This document shows positions 9,803 through 19,532 of a stretch of 64,000 nucleotides of DNA, piece after piece; the first letter of the stretch is position 1, and every line of letters begins with the position of its first letter. The notes under the pieces were generated by a model. That model did not search any database and had not been told where the DNA came from. It was given only the letters and a program-made list of their open reading frames with translations. Origin of the DNA: an uncultured Methanosarcinales archaeon (GTDB lineage: Archaea; Nanobdellota; Nanobdellia; Woesearchaeales; CAIVOO01); contig CAZAIK010000001.1 in assembly GCA_964485195.1 (NCBI GenBank), positions 1 through 64,000 of the forward strand, given 5' to 3'. A program made the position numbers and the translations under genes.

Positions 9803-11893
9803 TTATTTTTTGGCCCGTCTTTTCGCCTTGTTTTTTCGCTTTACGGGCCTGGCGTCTGAAAGCATTTTTGCTATGGTGCACAAGTAAGTCATGGTGTTGA
9901 CATCCCTGCTGATAACATTTCGCACTATCTCCTCCTGCCCTGACCACAGGCTTATTGTCTGGGACAATCCAAGGAGTGTCAGCCCAAATTCCTCTGCCTG
10001 TTTTCTGTAAACCGCCTGCCGGTCAATGGGAATGTCAAACAATCTCTGCTGTTTCTTGCCCATTTCAATGCTGTCAATAAAACCTGTGATGGACTCTCTT
10101 ATTTCTTTCTTGCTTGTTTTTCCTGTCAGGACAGCTGTATATGCAATGTCCAGCTGCTGTTCAGGATTGAGAGGCATATCTTCTACCCTCAGGTTCTTGT
10201 TGGTGAACAGCAGAGCAGAAGAAAATGGCATCAAGCCTTCCTCCACAAGAATTTTTACTTCCCTGCAAACTTCCTTCTCATACTTCAGCTCGTTAAGCCC
10301 TGTCTGCCTGCTGATGCTCATTATTTCAATAAGGTCATCAACCCCTCCTGAATCAGCGAGGTCGTAAACCTGACTGAGAGCTCTTGCCCTTTCAGACGCA
10401 GTGAAAGGGACCTGCATATTTTCCTGCCTTTGCAGCCACAATCTCAGCTTGGGGTCAAGGTGCTGAAGCTCAATAGCTGGAATTTTCTTAAGCCCGGCGC
10501 GCCTGCAGGCTTCCAGCCTCCTGTGCCCACAGACCAGCACATAATCATTGTCTGTTTTTTCAACAAGCACAGGGTTGAGCAATCTTCCGTCCCTCTTGAT
10601 TGCTGTGGCAAGGTCCTCAATCTCTTCCTCAGTGACAGGGCCTCTCGGGTTTTTGGGGTCAGGATAAATTGTGCCTATGTTCACTTTTTTTGTCCTGTTT
10701 TTCCTGTTGATTACTGATACAGGAGCCCTTTCATCCTCCTCTATTGCCCTCAAGGAGTCTCCTATGGTGTCATAACGCACTCCCTTCCCGTTCACAACAC
10801 CTCTGTTATTAAAATCATCCATATAAGTTGTGTGCTTTCTTACTTCCTCGCCAAGAGCTGACATCTCGGCAAGGAACCTTTCCACCTTCTCTTCCAGCAC
10901 TGACTGTATGTGGCCTGCGTACTCCTCGTCCAGGCTGCACAGTTTCAGATATCTGTAAACCTCGTTTTTTGCAGTCCTTGCAAAACCCCTTTTCTCCAGG
11001 ATGTGGGGCCTGTAATTTTTTTCAATCGCGCCTGTTGAGAAAAAATCATAATCATCTTTTTCATTTGAATTGACTGCCCTTATCATATGTAAAAGCCCGT
11101 GTTTCTGGGCAATTTCAGGCTCAGCATCTGCAATTTGAAAAACCCTTGACCTGACTTTCTTTTTCAGGCTTTCAAATGATGCCTTTCCGTGCTTTAGTGC
11201 AAATTCATACTGCTCTTCCTTGCTGGGAATCCAGGACAGCAGCACTGCTTTCTCATAGCTCATGTCGCCTGACTCAACAAGCCTCTTGACCTGTCTTGAG
11301 CACCTCCCGACATATCTCATGGCATCCCTGACAGTGTTTTCAGAATGGCTTACATATGCGCTGAGCTCTTTTATTGTTATGCCTGGCCTGCCGTCTATCC
11401 CCCTCTCCCTGTTTTCAAAGTGATACGCATTAACAATTTCTTCTGCCTTTCTCCAGGGTGTCAATGCCAGCTGGCTGTCTTCATCAATCTGCACAAGACG
11501 CCTTTCCAGAAGGCTGAGGTTATTCTTAAGGACATCTACTTCCATTTCCCTGAAAGGCACGTTTTTAGCGGCAAGAAAGCGCCTGTGCCCCACAACAAGA
11601 AAGTAATAGTTTTCGTCGTCTCTCATACCTTCAAGAACCGCCTGCTTATCGCTCTCATCAACATCTTCAAGATTGCCAATGTAATTCCTTATCTCGCTGC
11701 CGGCTTTAATCTCCACAAGAGGGTAAGTGAACTGACCGTAGGCCTTGAGGGACTCTGTGAGGTCCTGAATTTTATTATGCTCAATTTTTCGTCTCGGCTG
11801 TCCTATGTCCGGAACAACCTTATTGATGTCAACAATGCTTCTTTCAGAAGAAAGATTTATCTTGTCTACAAGTCCGCTCATCAACCTCCCCAT
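9803..11893 (-). CDS. protein with two tandem ParB/Spo0J-like modules
   Basis: PDIGQPRR...LVVGHRRFLAA + HTH, then PDPKNPRG...LLNPVLV...LVCGHRRLEA...QEN + HTH. Confidence 0.85.
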   Translation of the reverse strand: MGRLMSGLVDKINLSSERSIVDINKVVPDIGQPRRKIEHNKIQDLTESLKAYGQFTYPLVEIKAGSEIRNYIGNLEDVDESDKQAVLEGMRDDENYYFLVVGHRRFLAAKNVPFREMEVDVLKNNLSLLERRLVQIDEDSQLALTPWRKAEEIVNAYHFENRERGIDGRPGITIKELSAYVSHSENTVRDAMRYVGRCSRQVKRLVESGDMSYEKAVLLSWIPSKEEQYEFALKHGKASFESLKKKVRSRVFQIADAEPEIAQKHGLLHMIRAVNSNEKDDYDFFSTGAIEKNYRPHILEKRGFARTAKNEVYRYLKLCSLDEEYAGHIQSVLEEKVERFLAEMSALGEEVRKHTTYMDDFNNRGVVNGKGVRYDTIGDSLRAIEEDERAPVSVINRKNRTKKVNIGTIYPDPKNPRGPVTEEEIEDLATAIKRDGRLLNPVLVEKTDNDYVLVCGHRRLEACRRAGLKKIPAIELQHLDPKLRLWLQRQENMQVPFTASERARALSQVYDLADSGGVDDLIEIMSISRQTGLNELKYEKEVCREVKILVEEGLMPFSSALLFTNKNLRVEDMPLNPEQQLDIAYTAVLTGKTSKKEIRESITGFIDSIEMGKKQQRLFDIPIDRQAVYRKQAEEFGLTLLGLSQTISLWSGQEEIVRNVISRDVNTMTYLCTIAKMLSDARPVKRKNKAKRRAKK

Positions 11894-11975
11894 AATGGGG
11901 AATTAGGCCGTCTTTTTAATCTTTGTTATAGCGCAAAATAGATAATTTTAAATACAGATTTTTATTAAGGAATAT

Positions 11976-12638
11976 ATGGAAGTTGAAGAATGCATTAAGA
12001 CAAGACGTTCCATAAGGAAGTTTCTTGGAACAAGGATTCCAAAGGAGAAAATAGTTAATATCCTTGAGGCTGGGAGGATGGCCCCCACTGCGGGAAACCT
12101 GCAGAATCACGAAGTCATTGTCGTGACAGAAGCTGATTTGAAAAACAAGGTGGCTGAGGCCTGCCTTCAGCAGTACTGGATTGCCAAAGCCCCTGTAGTC
12201 CTTGTTGTTGTTGCAGAGCACGATGTCCAGAAAAAGCATTACGGCAAGAGGGGAGAGCTTTACTCTGTGCAGAGCGCCGCAAATGTAGCTATGAATATGA
12301 TTTTAACGGCCCACTCCCTGGGAGTTGCCAGCTGCTGGGTGGGCGCTTTTGACAATGAGATTATTAGGCGCGCTTTGAACATTCCGGGCAAGATAACCCC
12401 TCTGACTGTGATTCCGCTGGGAACAGCTGACGAGGAAGTTCCAGCACCGTCAAGAAAGGCATTTTATTCCACAATATGGATCGAGACTTACGGAAACCAG
12501 GTGAAGGACATTGGTCTTGCACTGGGGCAGTACAGCGGTGTTATTGAGAAGAAGGCAAAAGAGGCCAGGAAGAATATTGAGAAGGGTGCCGGAAGTTTGT
12601 TTACAAAGGTCAAGGAAAAGATTAAAAAGAAAAAATAA
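11976..12638 (+). CDS. nitroreductase family protein
   Basis: RRSIRKF, APTAGNLQ, LGVASCWVGAF. Confidence 0.93.
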   Translation: MEVEECIKTRRSIRKFLGTRIPKEKIVNILEAGRMAPTAGNLQNHEVIVVTEADLKNKVAEACLQQYWIAKAPVVLVVVAEHDVQKKHYGKRGELYSVQSAANVAMNMILTAHSLGVASCWVGAFDNEIIRRALNIPGKITPLTVIPLGTADEEVPAPSRKAFYSTIWIETYGNQVKDIGLALGQYSGVIEKKAKEARKNIEKGAGSLFTKVKEKIKKKK

Positions 12639-12916
12639 AATGTTCGCAGCTCTGGCAATAGGTTAATTGCTTAAATTAACAATCTAAATTAGGAGATGCC
12701 ATGAAAATGTTTTTTATTTCTTAAATAAGCTGATCAAACACATATTTGAAACTGTTTTTTCATAAGAAAATAAAAAAAGAAAAGAACTTCATGCCCCTTG
12801 CGGGACATGAAGACCTAATTTTGCCTTCATGTTGGTTTGTTGGGGGTGGTTTCAAATGAAGGCAAGAAAACGCACCGTGAACGGTGAGCGTGATTCTTGC
12901 GCATAAGGTAAAAAGA

Positions 12917-13996
12917 TTACCTTATGATTTCTATGCCAAGGTCCTTGTTGACCTCGACCTGCTGGGGGCTTGGCTGGCCGCCTGTCTGCTTTCCCAAAAT
13001 CCACGGAGACTGCACTCCTGTGATTATGGTCATGACAGTTATCCTGCCTTTCATGTCATCCTGAACTCTTGCTCCCCAGATGACGTTGGAGTCTGCGTCC
13101 ATTGACTCTGTCACGAGCTCTCCAATCCTGTTGATGTCGTCCAGGGTCATGTCAGGGCCTCCTGCTACGTGGATGATCGCTCCGATTGCCCCTTCATAAT
13201 TTATGTCAAGCAGTGGATTTGCAAGAGCCCCTCTTACTGCCTCTTCTACCCGATTTGTGGTGTCCGAGCTTCCTACTCCTATTGCCGCAACCCCTCCGTT
13301 GCTCATTATCGCCTTGACATCTGCATAGTCAAGGTTTACCAGAGAGGGTATTGCTATTGTCTCTACTATTCCCTTAATCATTGTTGAAATCAGCTCGTTT
13401 GCAACTGCAAATGCCTGCGTTACTGGCAGGTTTCCTGCAATCTGAACAAGCCTGTTGTTGTCTATTACTATGACTGTGTCTGAAACCTTCCTTAATTGTT
13501 CAAGGCCGAATTCTGCCTTGTCTATTCTTGCCCTTTCAATCTTGAAAGGCATTGTCACTGTGCCTATTACTATGGAGCCGACGTCCTTGGCAAGCTGGGC
13601 AATTATCGGGGAGGCTCCTGTTCCTGTTCCTCCGCCCATCCCTGCGCACACAAACACCATGTCGGCCTCTTTTAGTGATTCCTTTAGCTGCTGAAGTGAT
13701 TCCTTTGCTGCTTCTAATCCTCTTTCAGGGTAGCCTCCGCAGCCAAGCCCTTTTGTGACATTTCTTCCCAAAAGAAATTTTCTGTCTGCTTCTGTTATCT
13801 GCAAGTGTTGCTGGTCTGTGTTTACTGCAACAATTTCAGCTCCCTTTATTCCTTTTTTGTAGAGCCAGTTGACCATATTGTTGCCTGCTCCGCCAACACC
13901 AATTACTTTTATGTTGGCCTGGCCTGTGCTCATTCCTTCAAGTTCTGTATCCTGTGTTTCCTGTTGTTTCAATGCGTTTTGTACTAAAAAATCCAT
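12917..13996 (-). CDS. ftsZ: cell division protein FtsZ
   Basis: GVGGAGNN, GMGGGTGTG, VNLDYADV; ATG at 13996 preceded by GGAGG. Confidence 0.98.
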   Translation of the reverse strand: MDFLVQNALKQQETQDTELEGMSTGQANIKVIGVGGAGNNMVNWLYKKGIKGAEIVAVNTDQQHLQITEADRKFLLGRNVTKGLGCGGYPERGLEAAKESLQQLKESLKEADMVFVCAGMGGGTGTGASPIIAQLAKDVGSIVIGTVTMPFKIERARIDKAEFGLEQLRKVSDTVIVIDNNRLVQIAGNLPVTQAFAVANELISTMIKGIVETIAIPSLVNLDYADVKAIMSNGGVAAIGVGSSDTTNRVEEAVRGALANPLLDINYEGAIGAIIHVAGGPDMTLDDINRIGELVTESMDADSNVIWGARVQDDMKGRITVMTIITGVQSPWILGKQTGGQPSPQQVEVNKDLGIEIIR

Positions 13997-14114
13997 TTTT
14001 CTGCCTCCCCCAATTTTTTTCTTTTGGGATTTTTTTAATAGTTTGAATGGAAGTATAGCTGAACTTAGCGAAACATTTATATAGTAGTTCACACTATATC
14101 CTACTTAGAAACAG

Positions 14115-14179
14115 ATATTCGCGCCAACGAATGTTTGTTTGTGTTCGCCAAAACACACTTTGAGTTCGCCAAAACTCAA
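14115..14179. repeat. three tandem stem-loops with identical CGCCAA loops
   Basis: ATTCG-CGCCAA-CGAAT; TGTGTT-CGCCAA-AACACA; TTGAGTT-CGCCAA-AACTCAA. Confidence 0.85.
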
Positions 14180-14328
14180 TTATTTTTCTATATATATAAC
14201 ATATCTACTATTTAAACACTTCTGTAAAACAACCTATATTTTTTAGTATACACTTATGTATACTGGGATATTAAAATGATTATTTACTGTGGAGTAGTTT
14301 TATAAGCTATTTCTAATGCCTTTTTGAT

Positions 14329-15363
14329 ATGAAAAACAGCAGCCAAGCATTCAGGAACAGGCAGAGGGCACAGGACCTGGCCCAGTTTGAGATTCCCAAA
14401 AAAATGAAGAGAAATGAACCGGTTCCTGATTATTTTGCCCATTTTAAGAGCATAAAGAGAATTTCGCCTGTGAACCTTAAAAGGCACCATGAGCTTTTGA
14501 AACTCTGCTCAAGAGACAGGAGCAAGCTTGAAGGGATGTATCTTGCATTAATCGCCGCGCAGAATGAGGAAGTCAAGGAAAGAGCTCATTATAACAGGCC
14601 CCAAAGGGAAGCATTAATCGAGCAATGCTCAGGATTCATTTCTGACAGAAGAATTCTTCTTTTTGGTATGAATGAAAACCTTGGGGGCAAGGTTACAGCT
14701 TACGATGAGTATGAAGATGTTTTGAAAGATAAGAATGAATATGATCTTGTCCTGGTTGGAAACCTTGTTGATGTCTATAAAAGCCTGCCCTGCATTGTTT
14801 TTGAAAGAATGCTCAGGGAAGACTTTCAGAAAGGGCAGGAAAACTATGAATTTCGGGAAGGCGCAATACAGAAAGCAAGGGATTTGCTTCAAAAGGAGAG
14901 AGGTGCGATGGAGGAGGCGATAATCGGGAAGCTTGAGGATTTATTCATAGAGTCAGCAGTGCAAAAATTTGATTATTTTTATCCTGACCTCGCAGGAGAA
15001 GCGCACCAGGAAAAGGTTGACAGGGTAAAGGGCTTGATTCCGTGGAGGATTGCATTCGCTGAAAATGCAAGAGAATATGTTAAAGCGAATTTTGAAATAA
15101 TGTGCCGTAATAAGTTTCCGGAACTGTTCGGGCACATACTGCCTGACGTGATAGCGCAGATAGAAGCTGAAAATCCTGTGGATGTTTTTTATGAAAGACT
15201 AAACAAGAAAGGAATGATTATTTTTGCCGCGAGTTCTGCCGGATATGAAAAGCCCGAAGAGGATGAGCAGTTGATTGACACAGGGGAACTCCTTGATTTT
15301 GTCGGGGAAAAAAGGATAGGCAGGGCACATTACGCCGCACTAACACCAAGGTTTAAAAAATAA
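14329..15363 (+). CDS. hypothetical protein
   Basis: 344-aa ORF, no motif recognised. Confidence 0.75.
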   Translation: MKNSSQAFRNRQRAQDLAQFEIPKKMKRNEPVPDYFAHFKSIKRISPVNLKRHHELLKLCSRDRSKLEGMYLALIAAQNEEVKERAHYNRPQREALIEQCSGFISDRRILLFGMNENLGGKVTAYDEYEDVLKDKNEYDLVLVGNLVDVYKSLPCIVFERMLREDFQKGQENYEFREGAIQKARDLLQKERGAMEEAIIGKLEDLFIESAVQKFDYFYPDLAGEAHQEKVDRVKGLIPWRIAFAENAREYVKANFEIMCRNKFPELFGHILPDVIAQIEAENPVDVFYERLNKKGMIIFAASSAGYEKPEEDEQLIDTGELLDFVGEKRIGRAHYAALTPRFKK

Positions 15364-15381
15364 AAAGATAAGAGTAACATA

Positions 15382-16179
15382 ATGACACTAAGCATAATCG
15401 GAATCGGGCTGAATGATGAAAAAGACATCACAATAAAAGGCCTTGAATTTGTTAAACAGTCTGATGTTGTTTATCTGGAAAATTACACTTCTGTTTTGAA
15501 TTGCGATGTTTCTGCATTGGAGGTGTTTTATGGCAAAAAGATAATTTTAGCCGACAGAAATTTAGTTGAGAAAAAAGCAGAGGAAACAATATTAAAGGAT
15601 GCAAAAGAGAAAAATGTTTCTTTACTGGTGGTGGGTGATGCTCTCTCTGCAACAACCCATATCGACCTGGTAAAGAGAGCCAGGGGACTGGGAATAAAAG
15701 TTAACATCGTTCACAACGCTTCAATATTGACAGCTGTATCTGAAACAGGACTGCAGCTGTATAAGTTCGGAAAGACTACAAGCATACCCTTCCCGGAGAA
15801 AAATTACAAACCAGAAACAGCATACTATGTCATTAAAGATAACCTCTCCCTGGGATTGCATACTCTGGTTTTATTGGACTTAAGACCGCAAGAAAACAAG
15901 TTTATGTCCATTAGTGACGCTATTAATGTTTTATTGGATATAGAGAAAAAAAGAAAAGGAAAAGTAATCACAGAAGAAACCTTGGCAATTGGCTGCGCAA
16001 GACTGGGAAGCGAAAATTCAGTTATCAAAAAAGGAAAAATAAAAGAATTAAAAGGATTTGATTTCGGAAAGCCTGTCCACTGCTTGATAATTCCGGGCAA
16101 GATGCATTTTGCCGAGGAGGAATTCCTGCAGGAAGATCACCCTTCTGTGACGCAGGCGTCGTTCTCGCAATCGCAGTAG
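15382..16179 (+). CDS. dph5: diphthine synthase
   Basis: YLENYTS, GDALSATTH, GLQLYKFG, GLHTLVLLD. Confidence 0.96.
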   Translation: MTLSIIGIGLNDEKDITIKGLEFVKQSDVVYLENYTSVLNCDVSALEVFYGKKIILADRNLVEKKAEETILKDAKEKNVSLLVVGDALSATTHIDLVKRARGLGIKVNIVHNASILTAVSETGLQLYKFGKTTSIPFPEKNYKPETAYYVIKDNLSLGLHTLVLLDLRPQENKFMSISDAINVLLDIEKKRKGKVITEETLAIGCARLGSENSVIKKGKIKELKGFDFGKPVHCLIIPGKMHFAEEEFLQEDHPSVTQASFSQSQ

Positions 16180-16697
16180 TGCTTCTCTGAAAAGGCCCTG
16201 TCATCTGAAGAGCAGTAAAATTCCAGAAGGGTGTCGCTGTCCCTGCATTGGTCCTCGTGAACCGCAAGGTCATTTGTTATGACCCTTCCAGCCACTTCAT
16301 AATTAAGGCCGCCATCTGTGTCGTTGCAATCAGCGTATTTTACGCATCTGCCGTCCCTGCAAAACTCTGTGTCCGAGCACTCATCTATGATTCCCTGTTT
16401 GGCGTCCTCTTCGCACCTTGCCTCCGGAGTTCCGGGATTGATGCATTCCCAGTCGTAAATGTCACCGACGGGATTTGTCTGGAAGCAATAGGCATTCTCC
16501 ACCCTTCTCTCCCCGCAGTCAGAATCAGAAAAACACGCAATGTCAGCTTCAGGCTCCTGCTGCTCCTGCATTTCAGGTTCTGAAACAGCCGTGTCAGCCC
16601 CTTCCATTGTTTCCTGTTCATCAGAAACTATTTCTTCAGGAGCACAGGCTATCAACAAGAAAATAGCTAAAACTGAAAACAGCATTATTCTATGCAT
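16137..16697 (-). CDS. secreted/lipoprotein-like Cys-rich protein
   Basis: Signal with LIAC lipobox-like end; CNDTDGG...G...DQC...LLEFYC module. Confidence 0.8.
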   Translation of the reverse strand: MHRIMLFSVLAIFLLIACAPEEIVSDEQETMEGADTAVSEPEMQEQQEPEADIACFSDSDCGERRVENAYCFQTNPVGDIYDWECINPGTPEARCEEDAKQGIIDECSDTEFCRDGRCVKYADCNDTDGGLNYEVAGRVITNDLAVHEDQCRDSDTLLEFYCSSDDRAFSEKHYCDCENDACVTEG

Positions 16698-17527
16698 TTT
16701 CCTTCCTGGCAATAACAGGTGTGCGTCTCGTGCTGGCATCTGTTATCAGCGCAATACCACTCCCAAATCTCATTGGATTCAAGGCATATATCATCCACGT
16801 TGTTGCCCAGATCGTCAGTGCAGGTCCCTTTTACAGCGTACTCAACTCCGCCGTCTGTGTCCTGGCAGGTGCTGTCAGAGCCGGAATCCTGATTGTCAGA
16901 ACCGGAATCATCATCATTTGAAGAGCTTCCAGGGTTTGTATAGACAGTGGAGCCAGATGAAGCCTGTGTGCCCTGCACACTCAAGGACTGCTCCTCAACA
17001 TTGTTATCTTCATTCTCCTCCTCGTAAGCGTTCAGCGGGTCCAGGGTTAAAACCGCTTCATACTGGCCTTCATCCAGGGAGAAAGCCTTTGTTATCCTGC
17101 CTGTTGAAGAGCCGCTGGCAAGGTTTTCCCTGTAACCGTAATACTCTATTTCGGCAACATCATTGCCTTCCATGAATTTTATGCTGTATTCAAAATCCTC
17201 AATGTCCTCTGATCCCGAATTCTTAATCTTGAAAGAGATTTCAAATTCCTCATAGGGCTCTGGATAAATCGTGCTCAAGAAGAAATTTGTGATAGTCAAG
17301 TCAGCGCCTGTTTCCACGCTTTCGTCAGGTTCTTCCTGTTCCTCTTCAGGAGCTGTTTCATTTTGCTCTGCTTCAGCAGGGCTTTCTGCCTGACCTGATG
17401 TTTCAACATCCGGACCAGAAATCTCAGGTTCCGTGTCTGCTTCAACCTGAACTACTCTTACGCCCTCATCAACACAGCCGATGAGGAATGCCAACGCAAC
17501 AAGTATGATTATTATTTTCAAACGCAT
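16685..17527 (-). CDS. secreted/lipoprotein-like protein with CARDB-like domain and Cys-rich module
   Basis: LIGC; ADLTIT...IKNSG...LDPLNAYEEENEDNN; CQDTDGG...G...DIC...WEWYC. Confidence 0.82.
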   Translation of the reverse strand: MRLKIIIILVALAFLIGCVDEGVRVVQVEADTEPEISGPDVETSGQAESPAEAEQNETAPEEEQEEPDESVETGADLTITNFFLSTIYPEPYEEFEISFKIKNSGSEDIEDFEYSIKFMEGNDVAEIEYYGYRENLASGSSTGRITKAFSLDEGQYEAVLTLDPLNAYEEENEDNNVEEQSLSVQGTQASSGSTVYTNPGSSSNDDDSGSDNQDSGSDSTCQDTDGGVEYAVKGTCTDDLGNNVDDICLESNEIWEWYCADNRCQHETHTCYCQEGKCIE

Positions 17528-17880
17528 TTTCCTTCTGAACATTCGCACCTGAAATTCTGGTTTGCAATCTCTCCCTCTTCACAATAATACTCCACAAGAA
17601 AAGGCCCGAAGCATTTGTCCATCCTTCTCATCCCCTCTACCCTCACTGTTCCTTTCACTTCCTTGTTCAGCCCGTTGTCAGAATCCTCACAATTTGCCAC
17701 CACTGCAGTTTCTTCCGCACTCCCTGTTCCCTCATTTAACACTCCCGATGCCTTGCCCTCAACAGGAAGCTCTGGAGTTTTCACAGAACAGCCGGTGAAT
17801 GTTAATGAAAGTACAAGGGCTATTCCCAGCAGGACCAATACCCAGACAAAGAGGAAATTCCTTTGGATGTGGTTAAACAT
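17518..17880 (-). CDS. secreted/lipoprotein-like Cys-rich protein
   Basis: FTGC; CEDSDNG...G...DKC...VEYYC. Confidence 0.8.
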   Translation of the reverse strand: MFNHIQRNFLFVWVLVLLGIALVLSLTFTGCSVKTPELPVEGKASGVLNEGTGSAEETAVVANCEDSDNGLNKEVKGTVRVEGMRRMDKCFGPFLVEYYCEEGEIANQNFRCECSEGKCV

Positions 17881-17964
17881 ACCTATTCCAATCTTCAGAG
17901 ATATTTAAATATTTCTTTTTAAATAAGAAAGCTTTAAAAACCGCTGTAAACCATGGAAATTCAC

Positions 17965-18052
17965 AGCCCCGTGGTGTAGTGGCCAAGCATTCAGGCCTTT
18001 GGAAGCAAACTAAGGACAGCCTGAGACCGCGGTTCAAATCCGCGCGGGGCTA
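17965..18052 (+). tRNA. tRNA-Gln(TTG) with 15-nt canonical intron (18003-18017)
   Basis: AGCCCCG/CGGGGCT acceptor stem; CAGGC-CT-TTG-G[intron]A-GCCTG. Confidence 0.94.
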
Positions 18053-18058
18053 TAGAAA

Positions 18059-18352
18059 ATGAAGGTTTTGATAACAGGAGGGGCCGGGTTCATAGGGAGC
18101 CATATTGCTGATTTTCTTGTTGGAAGGGGATATAATGTTGTTATGGCTGACAATCTTATCACCGGCAAAAAAGGGTATGTTAACAAGCAGGCTATATCCT
18201 ATGACGCAGACATAACAGGAGCCATAAAAGGGGAGGTGAGGGACATAGCCTTGGACACTTCCCTGACTAAGAAGGAGTTAGGCTGGAAGCCCAAAACAGG
18301 ATTAAGGGAGGGAATAAAGGAAACATTTGAGTGGTTCAGGGAAAATATTTAG
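18059..18352 (+). pseudogene. NAD-dependent epimerase/dehydratase with large in-frame internal deletion
   Basis: N-terminal [11 protein letters not shown] fused to C-terminal GEV...[15 protein letters not shown]; only 97 aa, YxxxK missing. Confidence 0.8.
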
Positions 18353-19203
18353 GAATTCTTCCCTTTTAACGGAACAAATGCCACTCCGTCATATTTTGTT
18401 TCCCTTAATAATTCTCCGCCACAAAATTCCTGAACAGTCAAAGGGCCCCTCTGCTCAGGAAACATCAATTTTCCGTCAGGTTTTAATTGCTTGGAAAGTA
18501 TTTCAGGGTTGAATGTTTCAGGGTTTATTCCTGCTGTCAGGTATATCCTGTCAAAAGGCGCCTCTTCAGGCCATCCTAAAGAACCGTCCCTTAAGCCAAA
18601 CTTGAATAATCTTTCGCACGCCTCTTTTCCAAAATGGGCTTCCAGGTTATTTTTTCCCAATCTGCCTAGAGCATCAAGATATTCAACTGTCCAAACTTTC
18701 CCGCATCCAAGCACATATGAAACAATTGCTGCATGATAACCGCATCCTGTTCCTACTTCAAGAACTTTCATTCCCGGTTCAAGCTCAAGGAGGTCTGTAA
18801 TGACTCCTACCAGCGAGGGCTGCGAGCATGTCTGCTCTTCACCTATGCTAAGCGGCTTATCAGCATATGCCATTTGCTTAAGGTTTCCGGGAACAATAGC
18901 TGTTGAATTAAGAATACGTCCAAGGCCGCTCAGAAGCTTTGATATAAGGTGAGAATATTCTTCCTCACCAATTTGCTGAATTTTTTCAGGATGTTCATTA
19001 AGTTCAACAAATGAGTTAAATGTGGGTTCTATCATTGCAAGAAGCCCCACTTCAACCACTCCCATTTGTAAATCAACATCAGGAAGGAATTCTTTCCTAT
19101 CAACATTGCTCATTGCAGCAAGAACTTTTGGGTCTCTTGGGGATTTCCATTGCAGGTAATGAATTTCATTAGCGACAGCTTCAACCAGATCAGCATTATT
19201 CAT
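18349..19203 (-). CDS. pcm: protein-L-isoaspartate O-methyltransferase
   Basis: [46 protein letters not shown]. Confidence 0.92.
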   Translation of the reverse strand: MNNADLVEAVANEIHYLQWKSPRDPKVLAAMSNVDRKEFLPDVDLQMGVVEVGLLAMIEPTFNSFVELNEHPEKIQQIGEEEYSHLISKLLSGLGRILNSTAIVPGNLKQMAYADKPLSIGEEQTCSQPSLVGVITDLLELEPGMKVLEVGTGCGYHAAIVSYVLGCGKVWTVEYLDALGRLGKNNLEAHFGKEACERLFKFGLRDGSLGWPEEAPFDRIYLTAGINPETFNPEILSKQLKPDGKLMFPEQRGPLTVQEFCGGELLRETKYDGVAFVPLKGKNS

Positions 19204-19251
19204 TTTCAAATGGATGAAGAACTGCAATATAAATGTTACTATTTTGCAATA

Positions 19252-19446
19252 CTAATCAAGAATGCTTTTTTTCACGTATCTCTCTTCATCAAACTGATGG
19301 TTCATAAACTTGGAGCATTCTGACTTGTTCTCCCAGAAGTACATGCATTTTTCCTTGAAAGCAGAGTATCTCCAGCAATTGGAACAGACAGAATCTTTCA
19401 TAGCATTTTTTTCCTTAGCCTTTTTTGTTTTTTTGGCCATGTCCAT
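19252..19446 (-). CDS. small Cys-rich hypothetical protein
   Basis: CSNC...CMYFWENKSECS; TATA upstream. Confidence 0.65.
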   Translation of the reverse strand: MDMAKKTKKAKEKNAMKDSVCSNCWRYSAFKEKCMYFWENKSECSKFMNHQFDEERYVKKSILD

Positions 19447-19532
19447 CTAATCATATTCTCATTTAAAAATTTTATGCAATCCACTGGACACCCCTGCATA
19501 GCGCTTTTAAATCTTGCCCTCTGTGTTATCTT

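Noticed and set aside
14115..14179. Mini-CRISPR array
   Set aside because: Repeat is only 6-12 bp with a 21-24 bp period, no spacer-sized gaps, and no cas genes
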